Part shown: positions 11,695 to 21,859 of the stretch, one piece after another
Layout of the letters: the number at the start of each line of letters is the position of its first letter
Position numbering within the stretch: the first letter of the stretch is position 1
DNA from: Laetmonice hystrix
Taxonomy: Eukaryota
Direction of reading: 5' to 3'
Length of the DNA: 60,000 nucleotides
Assembly: GCA_965235115.1 (NCBI GenBank)
Contig: OZ249436.1
Location: 35,156,001-35,216,000, forward strand
Notes under the pieces: model-generated
Told to the model about the DNA's origin: nothing
What the model saw: the letters and a program-made list of their open reading frames with translations, nothing else
Database searches by the model: none
Translations under genes and position numbers: made by a program

Positions 11695-12608
11695 TACCCC
11701 CGTCACACTTATTCGGAATCAGCAGGAATCAAGCAGAACCAGCCGGAATGAAGAATTCTCCAAATTCGCGCCACATTCGGGAGGGAATTTCAAATTGACC
11801 AAAATTCTTACAGCTTTGTAAGAATGGCGTTCGAATACTTAGAATGCGTTTCGAACCCGCCTCGAATGATTCTTGCACATTCCGGGTGTATTAGCTCTCG
11901 AATGCAGCTCGAATGTAGTTGGAACACAGTAGGAATATTTAGAATGCTGTTAGAATGCAGTCAGAATATTTAGAATGCACCTCGAACGCCGTACGAGTGC
12001 GGTTTGATTGCTGTCCAAATACCGCCCGAAGTCTAGTTGGAAGGTGCCTCGAATGCTGTACGAATTCACCTCAAATGCAGCCAGAACGCTCCCGGAATGG
12101 CCGCCGAATATGGTTCGAACGTCCAAAAATGCAGCTCGAATACTTAGAATGCACTTCAAATGTAGGCTACTTAGAATGTAACACGAATGTCCCGAGTATA
12201 GATTCCGGCAGCAATCGAGATGCATTCGAGGTGCATTCCGGCTCATTCCAGGCGCATTCGGAACATTCTGGCAGGATTTGAAGTGGTTTGCCGTTTCGAT
12301 TTTCCCTTGAATGCAATCAGAATGTTTCGATTGCTGTTGGAATGCCGTAAGAATATTTAGAGTGCAGTCAGAGTGCATTTAGAATACACTTCGAATGCCG
12401 TTCGATATTTTTCCACTTCGAATGCACCTCGAAAGTTTTGAGCATGAGCAAAACCTTCGGGCCGACCACAAGATTGGGCCCGAATATTTGGAATGCACTC
12501 AGAATGCAGTCAGAACTTTTAGAATGCACTTCGAATATCCAGGAATATAGCAAGAATTTTCATTCCGACAGCATTCTGGCTCATTCCGCCTCTAGTGTGA
12601 CTAGGGTA
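11695..12608 (+). mobile_element. Harbinger-like non-autonomous element with internal GAATGC/TCGAAT repeats, copy 1
   Basis: TACCCCCGTCACAC pairs with GTGTGACTAGGGTA; TTA/TAA flanks; a near-identical second copy lies at 13434. Confidence 0.88.
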
Positions 12609-13433
12609 TAAAGATGAAGAGCATTCTTTGCTAATACGGGCTGTGTGTGTGTGTGTGGGGGGGGGGGGGTCAGTCCCTGACTTGCTGGACGGGAGCCCCA
12701 GGCTGTGTGGGTGTGGTTGTGGGTGTGGGGGGGGGGGGGAGGGAGGGGGTCAGTCCCTGATTTGCTGGACGGGAGTCCTGACCCGGACCGCTGTTGGCGG
12801 CTCGACTTCCGGGGAGGCTGTATCAATATCAAGAAACTTTTCATTTTATTTGCCTCGACCTGAGTGAAAATAAGCCGGTGTGAATTTGTTTGGCAATTTT
12901 AATTAGGTTAATAGGTCCATGGTGGAACCAGACCGGGGTACAAACTACGGTAATGATGCTGATTTGCGCATTGAAGGTCAAGCCGGCTATAGCACTTGGC
13001 AACTTTTGTTGCCGCGACAGAATCGCTCAGTGTATAATGAGAAGTTGCTTGTCTATATTCCTTGTCGCGGCGATAAAATCGCCTGGAAATAGAACCATGT
13101 TCTATTTGGCGCGACTGGTCGCCACAAACCAACCACTCAGCGTTGACCGATATGATGCTAGCCTCATGGCGACTGTGGTTACGTGAGAGAAGGCATGGGG
13201 AGGAGGACAGCACTGAGGACACTCCCACACACCCAGTTGCCCGTAGTGTATATCCGGCTCTACAAGTCACATACACCCGTCTTGAAAGAGATCCTGCTCG
13301 GTTTACGCCCCCCCGCCCCCCCCCCCCCCCCCCCATATAGGCGTCATTGCTGTAGGCTCGAATGCCACAATGTTCCAACGATGATCATAATCAGTGAGAC
13401 CATTCCCATTATTTTTTGCCGCTATATCCTTAA

Positions 13434-14219
13434 TACCCCCGTCACACTTATTCTGAATCAGCAGGAATCAAGCAGAACCAGCCGGAATAAAGAATTCTCA
13501 AAATTCGCGCCACATTCGGGAGGGAATTTCAAATTGACCAAAATTCTTACAGCTTTGTACGAATACCGTTCGAATACTTAGAATGCGCTTCGAACCCGCC
13601 TCGAATGATTCTTGTACATTCCGGGTGTATTAGCTCGAATGCAGCTCGAATGTAGTTGGAACACAGTAGGAATATTTAGAATATTGTTAGAATGCAGTCA
13701 GAATATTTAGAATGCACCTCGAATGCCGTACGAGAGCGGTTCGATTGCTGCCCAAATACCGCCCGATGTCTGGTTGGAAGGTGCCTCGAATGCTGGACGA
13801 ATTCACCTCAAATGCAGTCAGAACGCTCCCGGAATGGCCGCCGAATATGGTTCGAACGTCCAAAAATTCAAACAGAATGCAGCTCGAACACTTACAATGC
13901 ACTTCGAATGTACTTAGAATGTAACACGAATGTCCGAGTATAGATTCCGGCAGCAATCGAGATGCATTCGAGGTGCATTCCGGCTCATTCGAGGCGCATT
14001 CGGGACATTCTGGCAGGATTTGAAGTGGCTTGCCGTTTCGATTCTCCCTCGAATGCGATCAGAATGTTTCGAATGCTGTTGGAATACCGTAAGAATATTT
14101 AGAATGCACTCAGAATGCAGTCAGAACTTTTAGAATGCACTTCGAATATCCAGGAATATAGCAAGAATTTTCATTCCGACAGCATTCTGGCTCATTCCGC
14201 CTCTAGTGTGACTAGGGTA
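13434..14219 (+). mobile_element. Same element, copy 2 (internal deletion of about 130 bp)
   Basis: Same termini, TAA/TTA flanks and colinear sequence; lacks the segment around 12365-12495 of copy 1. Confidence 0.88.
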
Positions 14220-14633
14220 TTAACATTACGAATACCGTATAGTCAGACTGTGGCTCTGATGTCACTATATAAGTATAGCCCCCCCCCCCCCCCCCCTAGA
14301 CTCAGAGGTTGTGCGATCGCTCCATATCCAAGTGGGATATGGTGGGTCAATGAGAAACTGGTTTTATTCCTGTGAGAGCACCGACCTTCACTTCAGTGAT
14401 TCCAGTTCTATCCTCAAAGGTGCTTACCCACTGACGTCACAGGTCGTTGATAAGGTCAAGGGGAGATTAGGGAACTGTTTGAGGAGCGAGCGACCTTCTA
14501 CAGTCCTGAGTTGGCACTCACATATTGCGAAACATGAAATGAACTCATTCTAACGTGGTCCCCATGATTATTTGCTGTGCAGAAAAAAATCAACAGTCTG
14601 GAAATTAAATTCTCCTTTCGTTTCTTATACCAG

Positions 14634-14762
14634 GTGGGTGCATCAAGTGCATGCAGTGTACGACCCTGCGGGACAAAGGCTGTGAAAGTGGACGCTTGTC
14701 GGCCACTGAGTGCAATCCGACCGACAACTTCTGTCTCAAGTACATCGGCAGAGTGAATGCCG
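14634..14762 (+). CDS. Ly6/uPAR three-finger protein, exon 2
   Basis: Polypyrimidine tract plus CAG acceptor at 14633. Reads (G)GCIKCMQCTTLRDKGCESGRLSATECNPTDNFCLKYIGRVNA. Donor G|GTAAGA, phase 1 to 1. Shows the N-terminal LU pattern CxxC...C...C...C-x-K. Confidence 0.88.
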
Positions 14763-16358
14763 GTAAGAACCAAACCAGTATCTTAGCAACTATTTTCATT
14801 CAAATCTCTGGTTTCATATCTGCATGCCGATAACGGATATTTAATATAAGTGGCTCGACCAAGGGGAAACGTCGACAGAATTTGTTAATTAAGCATGTGG
14901 TCCATATTCACTGTCATACAAGAAAGAAACCATCCTAAAGAACAAGATTTTTCCTCAGTATTTTCTCTCCTGTAACGGACAGGCATCGTATGCAACATCA
15001 AAATGTCAGGAGAAATACCCTCCAAAATTTTAGAAGTACAGACCTTATTAAAATATGTTCTAATGTCACTCTTGATGTGGCCTATTTTATCCATCGATTC
15101 ATCTTTAAGTTTTGGCCGAACAACTCGGTTGATTAACAAAGGCTTGGGTGGGGCGATAAGGTGCAATAACACCCGCAACGTCAATCATAGAATAATCCAT
15201 TCATTGCCATCGGTAAGGTGCTTTAAGGTATTGCCTCAAGCAGTTTATTGCGGCGTTCTAAGCTGCTTGTGAGATTGAGGATAGGAATTCGGCCATGACA
15301 ACAATCCTGGAGCCGTCTTCCATATATGAAGGTCTTCGTCCCATTCTTGTCACGCCATCGCTTGCCATTTCCCTCCCACAGTATCACCACTAATGGTTTC
15401 TTCTGATGCAATGCAGATCTAAAACAACGAATCTCTCCCTGATCAAGGCTGCACCCATAGTAGTATTTTGAAATAGATCGCATGTTGTGACTATCGTGAA
15501 TCTGCAGAACAAGCCTGGAATTTGCGACTAGCTGCAGACTTATAGGCAATGAGGTAAAACATTTAGCGTGATGCCAGAATTTAAATGGTAACAGAGAACG
15601 TGCCGTTCTCAGCCGTCACGACATTGGCAAGCGCCGGGCAAGCGTATAAAGTGCCTTGGATCACGAAAGAAGAACCCCCGTATTTTATAGTGCATCATTA
15701 TAACTCGCACCATCCAATATCAACAATATCCTCAATTAATTTTATTTAAGGTACTAGAAGTCGCAGGCGCGTGTCGGGGGAGGGAGGGTGCATGGGGTGG
15801 CTTTGGGAGTAGAGCCCCTCCTCCCTGCTCAAGATCTTCCAATTCTTTTATAGGTTGATATTGATGCAGTATATAGCTAGTATAGGTCACATATTTCAGA
15901 GGGAGTTGTGTTGAGGTTAAAGCATGGTTGTTAAATGTATGGCGGTAATGTGCGGTGGTTACACGGTTTAGGAAGGTGGTTACACGGTGATGACGCGGAA
16001 AAGCGTGGTAATCTTGACCTTTATTGACCGCGGACAACCGCATCACCACCTTCTCCACACCGTGTTTTCACCTATACTTGTCATTTTGACCGCCGTCATT
16101 TTGGACGGTTCAGCACGGTTTTGAACCATGCTGAACCGCCGTCAAAAGCGCCCCCGTGTGAGGCCTGTTTCCGGCAACTCGAAGACGTCAGTGTCTGCCG
16201 TTTCCAGTGGCTTCTGTCAAAGCTTTCCCTGTGATTCTACATAAATATATGGCTTCAGTTTTTTCTTCTTCCGATTTGGCGGATATTATACCACTAGGAG
16301 GTCTATCCCCCTCCTGCATCGATATTCTGCAAACAGAAAATGTCTGATAGGTAACGGA

Positions 16359-16790
16359 CTTATAACCCCACCCCGAAGTGCCGGGGGGCTTCTCGCCCTC
16401 CATCCGTGCGTATACGGCCGTACGTACGTCCGTAGACAGCGATTTCTCAGAAGTGTATGGGTCAAATTGAAACTTAATTTACACAATAATCAGGGATGGT
16501 CTGAGGATGATGCACGTGATTTTTGATATCCTCCAAAGTGGCCGCTTGGCAGCCATCTTGAATATAAGTACATTTCGAGCAATAACTCAAAGAAAACAAT
16601 CCCGACTTTTTCCAAATTTGGCACAAAGAGGGAGCATATGAGGGGCAATGTATGTGTCAATGTATTTTCAGTTAAGAGCAAATATGTTTGTTTCTTTACC
16701 CCCAAATAACGCTGTTTTGGCTCATTATCTCGAAAACAGTGCAGGATAATTTTTTTTGTTACTATTATTGAAAGATAGGAAGTCATTAGC
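16359..16790 (+). mobile_element. Helentron-associated (HINE/DINE-1-like) non-autonomous element
   Basis: TTATAACCCC...GGGGGGCTT start, a CCGT/ACGT short-repeat tract, then GATTTCTCAGAA...AAATTGAAACTT...CAC modules and GGCAGCCATCTTGAA. Right boundary approximate. Confidence 0.55.
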
Positions 16791-17773
16791 CTATATATGG
16801 TCGTAAGCCTCACTGGCTACACTGACATGCACTGCGGCTGTGAGGATTACGACCACTCAATTTTTAAAAAGATTGATGTGTCATGGACACCTCCCATTCT
16901 TGTACCAATCAACTCACCGACATCCATTTACCAAAGGCGGAGTCCTCCCTGAGTGGTCACAAGTATTTTTAATGGTAAAACATCAAATTTGTGTTGTACA
17001 GTGTTGTACAGAGGTCGTCTGCTACGGCTTCCACTTCCCGTTGGTGTCCCAGCGTGCATCTCTCTGACCCAAGAGGTGTTCGTAATTCAATTAGTAAAAG
17101 ATGGCGGGCCGGAAGCCAACCAATTTTGGTATCCGTTTTGGAAAAATATGCAACTGGGCCCACAGGACGTCCCCTGTTGCCGACCGGTAAACATTCTCGG
17201 AAACATGATTGACGCTCTGAAAGGCTGTTCTATGTTTGAATGTACGAGAAATTGTTCATCACTGGTTAGACGTGTCTTCTTACGCCGTATTGTCACCCTC
17301 ATAAACTTGTGTGTTTTATTGGTTGAGCCACACTGGGGGACGTGAAACCGATGGCTGCGGGTCGGCTGGTCAGGCGCGGATCGACTGACGCTGAAATCGA
17401 GAATGGTGTTTAATCACAGCATGGTAATCTCATCGGCCATACGACCTTCGACCCTAGCCTATAAATGTTGGTGAGACCTACCGCAGGTTATATATAGCGC
17501 AGAGGAATCATAACGACAAAGAAGCCCGTCGCTTTCATTTAGGCCTAAACCATATAATAATATGAGGACAATTCCCCCTCCAAAGTACGCCCCCCTACCC
17601 CTAACGATTCATGGCTCAGTTGTCTCAGAGAGGGCTAAGTTTAATGTCCATTTTCTGTCCATTTGCTTCCGACAATCGATATCGCTTCCAGATACCCTCA
17701 CACTGATCCCCTTTTTCGATCCGTCGACCATCGTCTTACTAACTCGAGTTTCCCTTCATTATCCTCCCAACAG

Positions 17774-18018
17774 GTTCCATCGTCTTTAGGGGGTGCAACA
17801 AGAAACCCATCGAACCGGTATGTACCATGAGAATGATCGAGAATCAGCACGTCCGCGTCTGCTACGAGACATGCAATACGACGGCATGCAACGGCGGTCC
17901 AATCAGCAGCTCAGCGCTGCCGGGCTGCCAGCCTCGGGCCACGTCTGGCACTTGTTGGCTGTTCCCGGTGACGGTTACGATTACACTGGCCTTGGCAGTC
18001 TTCGGCCAACATTGGTAA
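17774..18018 (+). CDS. Ly6/uPAR three-finger protein, exon 3 (C-terminal CN motif and GPI-like tail)
   Basis: Acceptor CTCCCAACAG|. Reads (G)SIVFRGCNKKPIEPVCTMRMIENQHVRVCYETCNTTACNGG...WLFPVTVTITLALAVFGQHW*. Completes a 10-Cys LU domain; spliced CDS is 432 nt (143 aa). Confidence 0.88.
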
Positions 18019-18112
18019 AATTACCCACGAGAGCCACCCAAACTCGGGGCTGGAGCGCTGACCGCTCTTCAAAGGAAGTAGGCGTGAGGGCCTGGGCAAT
18101 GGACGCTCTTGG

Positions 18113-19008
18113 TGATTAACTGTTAGGTTAACGGGTGACCAGGGTTAACTGTCAGGTTAACGGATGGCACAGGTTTTTTCTCCTCTTTTTTACTGTTAGA
18201 TTAACCCAGGTTAACGCATAGGTTAACGGTTGGCCCAGGTTAACCGTTAGGTTAACCCAGGTTAACGCTTAAGTTAACGGGTGGCCCAGGTTAACTGTTA
18301 GGTAAACCCAGGTTAACGCTTATGTTAACGGGTGGCCCAGGTCGCCTGTTAGGTTAACCAAGGTCAACGCTTAGGTTAACGGGTGGCCCAGGTAAACTGT
18401 TAGGTTAACGGGTCCCAGGTCAACTGTTAGGTTAGCCCAGGTTAACGGGTGGCCCAGGTAAACTGTTAGGTTAACGGGTGGCCCAGGTAAACTGTTAGGT
18501 TAACGGGTCCCAGGTCAACTGTTAGGTTAGCCCAGGTTAACGGGTGGCCCAGGTTAACTGTTAGGTTAACGGTTGACCCAGGGTAAATGTTAGGCTAACC
18601 CAGGTTAACGGGTGACCCAGGTTAACTGTTAGGTTAACGGGTGACCCAGGGTAAATGTTAGGTTAACGGGTGACCTAGGGTGAATGTTAGGCTAACCCAG
18701 GTTAACGGGCGGCCCAGATTAACTGTTAGATTAACGGGTGACCTAGGGTGAATGTTAGGCTAACCCAGGTTAACGGGTGGCCCAGGTTAACTGTTACGTT
18801 AACGGGTGGCCCAGGGTAAATGTTAGGTTAACCCAGGTTAACGGGTGGCCCAGGTTAACTGTTACGTTAACGGGTGACCCAGGGTAAATGTTAGGTTAAC
18901 CCAGGTTAACGGGTGGCTTAGATTAACTGTTACGTTAACGGGTGACCCAGGGTAAATGTTAGGTTAACCCAGGTTAACGGGTGGCCCAGGTTGATTGCTA
19001 GGTTAACC
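18113..19008. repeat. GTTAAC-rich compound tandem array (units about 29 and 39 bp)
   Basis: Recurring GGTTAACGGGTGGCCCAGGTTAACTGTTA and GTTAGGTTAACCCAGGTTAAC. Confidence 0.93.
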
Positions 19009-20018
19009 TATAACAAGATAAAGTATGAGTTAGTTATATTTCATTATGGTGCTCCGAAATCCACTAACTGCTGCTTATTCTTGATAGGGGGCTTATAACC
19101 CCCCCCCCCCACCCCCCCACCCCCACCCCGGGCAGATATGTAACGAATAAAAGGACGGTATAGATCAAAAGTATGGGTCGATCTCTTAATGAGGAGGGGA
19201 ATTGACAACCTGACAGTGGCGTCACAGTAAGGGGGAAATCCGCCCCCCTCCCCACCTTTTTAGGTTTTTATTTTCTTTTTGCTTGCTAGTTAGATTCTTG
19301 GAGATGCAAACATCACAATAAAAAGTCGGACAAGTTTCAGGACTGCCCCCCTCCCCCACTTTCAAAAGAAACCAAAAGAAAGAGGCCCCTCCCTTAATTT
19401 AGATCCGACTATAGCTAATCTGTTGGCAGCGAATCACAAATACATTTTTTATCCCAGTTACCTCAAGTGAATTCGAAATACGTTCAAGTTTTGGCAGATG
19501 TTTTCACACGCCTGCCAGCACAAGTCAGGGCAGCATCAGTCAGTCAGGATTCTGGTAACCAATCGATTATTCTTCTCTCATGGACCAACTTTTCTGACCT
19601 CAGCCTTCCACATCACTTGGACCTGCAAGATTTCCTCGACCGTGAGATTGGAATTACCATTCATGAGTTTTCAGTAACGTACCTGTGACGTCACCATCGG
19701 CAAATTATCATTTAGACTACGCCCTGTATTTATACAACTTTTGATCTACTTGAGTTTGATCTACTTTTTCATGTTTATTTCTGTGAAAAATTCCCTGATC
19801 ATAATTATAGATTGACGATGGGCCGTGCCCACAGTTTTCTAACAAGATTAACTTCCATAATGTTTTGAGTCGGAAAACCGAGCCATACTCAAAATTGCCA
19901 GGGTAAATTTCATATCTCGGCTTGTCCGCAGCTAGTGTACATACATGCAGTGCGCCCCCGAAGGTGAAAGGCCCCGTATTTCATATTAGATATGATACAT
20001 GTGTATTTTAAAAAGTGG

Positions 20019-20112
20019 TAAGAAGAAGAAGAACAAGAAGAAGAAGAACAAGAAGAAGAAAAAGAAGAACAAGAAGAACAAGGAGTAGGAGAAGGAGAAG
20101 AAGGAGGAGAAC
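20019..20112. repeat. (GAA)n-derived microsatellite
   Basis: Directly visible. Confidence 0.9.
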
Positions 20113-20442
20113 TAATAATCATCTTAGAAAAAGGCAGGTAACATCCGTTGATTTGGACTGACGGCTGATTTGTCGCTCCGCCGGTTTCATGAGGGGCCAT
20201 ATTAGTGCATAAGATTATCTGTCATCCAGATCAATGGAAGCGATTGAAAACGACGGCTTCTAGTAACGCGAAAAACATATTTGTATAATAATGTCATGTC
20301 CAATATTAAACGGCATTCCATGCTGTTAGTGTAACCAATAGTTCCTGACCATGTTGTACAGGGGAAGGGTTAACCCCTGCAGCTTGGCTATCCCTGTATT
20401 GTTACCCATTTGCCTTAACAACAGGGTAGAGCTAGACCCATT

Positions 20443-21267
20443 CTGCCGTGAAATGACAAAAGGAAGCAAGTCCAAAAGTTCAAGTTTCGAGAAATGGACA
20501 TAAACAAGTTATCTCTCCAGTGCAGTTTGATGGGCATGCTTCCTTCTGTCATGTGACTGATAGCTTTATAGAAGGATGTTTAGCAGAAATACACCCATTG
20601 ATAGATAGGACCCAGAATCCAAGTTTACACTTAAAGGGAAATGTAAGTGTTCAAAGCGCCACCTAGTGAGTCGCGTTTGTACCACGGGGGAAATGTGAGT
20701 ATTCAGAGCGCCGCGTAGTGAGCTTTAACAGAAAAATGCTTGGCTTATTTATGCAGTCAACTAGTTTGATGTAGAAATCAGTCGCATTTTTTAAACCATG
20801 AACCAAACTGTGTGCCAGAACCTGTCTACTCCATTGAATGCTATAGTTAAGACCCGTGTTTTACCAAGGCACTGAATGTTTGACAGGCTGTAACTTTTTT
20901 TTGATTCGGTGACCCCCAATTTATTTTGTTTTAAACTATTAGTCCTGATACACTTTATCTTGTGACCGAGTTTCAGGAGAAAATTGGTGGTCATTTTTTA
21001 ACTATTAGTCAAAATGTCTGAAAAATCCTGTTTTTCACATTGAAACCTATAGTAAAGACCCATTTGTTACGGAGGCCTGTATAAAAAATCTAATGCGGTG
21101 ACATAGGGGCCTATGACTTTTTTTTGTTTCTTTGTACTCCTAAGGACAAAGGCTATCCCCCATAAAAATATTTTGAAAATTCTAGTGGTCGATTCGAACA
21201 CTCACATTTCCCTTTAAGTCGATTTTAATGAAAGTTTGACTTGCCTCCTTTTGTCATTTCACGGCAG
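20443..21267. mobile_element. TIR element with 4-bp TSD (CATT), tentatively Sola-like
   Basis: CATT|CTGCCGTGAAATGACAAAAGGAAGCAAGTC pairs with GACTTGCCTCCTTTTGTCATTTCACGGCAG|CATT. Superfamily inferred from the TSD length only. Confidence 0.8.
20635..21213 (+). mobile_element. Kolobok-like non-autonomous element (TTAA TSD) nested in the 20443-21267 element
   Basis: TTAA|AGGGAAATGTAAGTGTTC pairs with GAACACTCACATTTCCCT|TTAA; purine-purine / pyrimidine-pyrimidine termini. Confidence 0.85.
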
Positions 21268-21859
21268 CATTGGACAGCCGATTTTGGTGCGGTTGGAACA
21301 CTGAACTTATCAGACATAGACCATTGTCAGAGAAAGAGCGACGCACCATCCTTATTGAACGCATGATGAGACGATGGTTTTACACCATGTCGAACGAAGC
21401 AGAACGAAGAACCTTTTTCTTTGGTTAGCCGTTAGTTATTTAGAGAGAGAGGGGGAGGGGAGAGGGAGAGAGAGAGATTAAATAAAGATGTAAGCGGCGG
21501 CAACCATATAAATATACCTGTTTTTTTAAGGGAAAAAAGGTTGCATAATGGTCGCTACATGGCCAATATATTGTCAGGAACCTTTTTTCACACCACACCT
21601 TTCAGACACTTAGGAGCGGATTCACAGGGTGTGTCTAGACCTGGTTCCAATATACATTTTTACGTCTCAGAACCAGGGGAATACTGTACACTCTGACAAG
21701 AAAGAAAGCGAAACCTTTTAATCGTTTCCGCGGCAGACGATCGAAACGGGATCTGCCCGAACATATAGGTCTACAAGTCTTAATACACTGATATAGTTTG
21801 GCAGGATTTGGTCTCGCCTAGTTTTTGCCTAATTTTGTCTTTTTACTGATATTCCGTTG

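Noticed and set aside
16969..17175. PVAYFSK on the minus strand resembling a Ty3/gypsy RNase H motif
   Set aside because: Isolated 7-residue match with no upstream DAS or downstream E-L-L-A motifs and no LTRs.
20380..20435. Hairpin resembling a pre-miRNA
   Set aside because: The stem has several bulges, and I recognise no known mature miRNA sequence.
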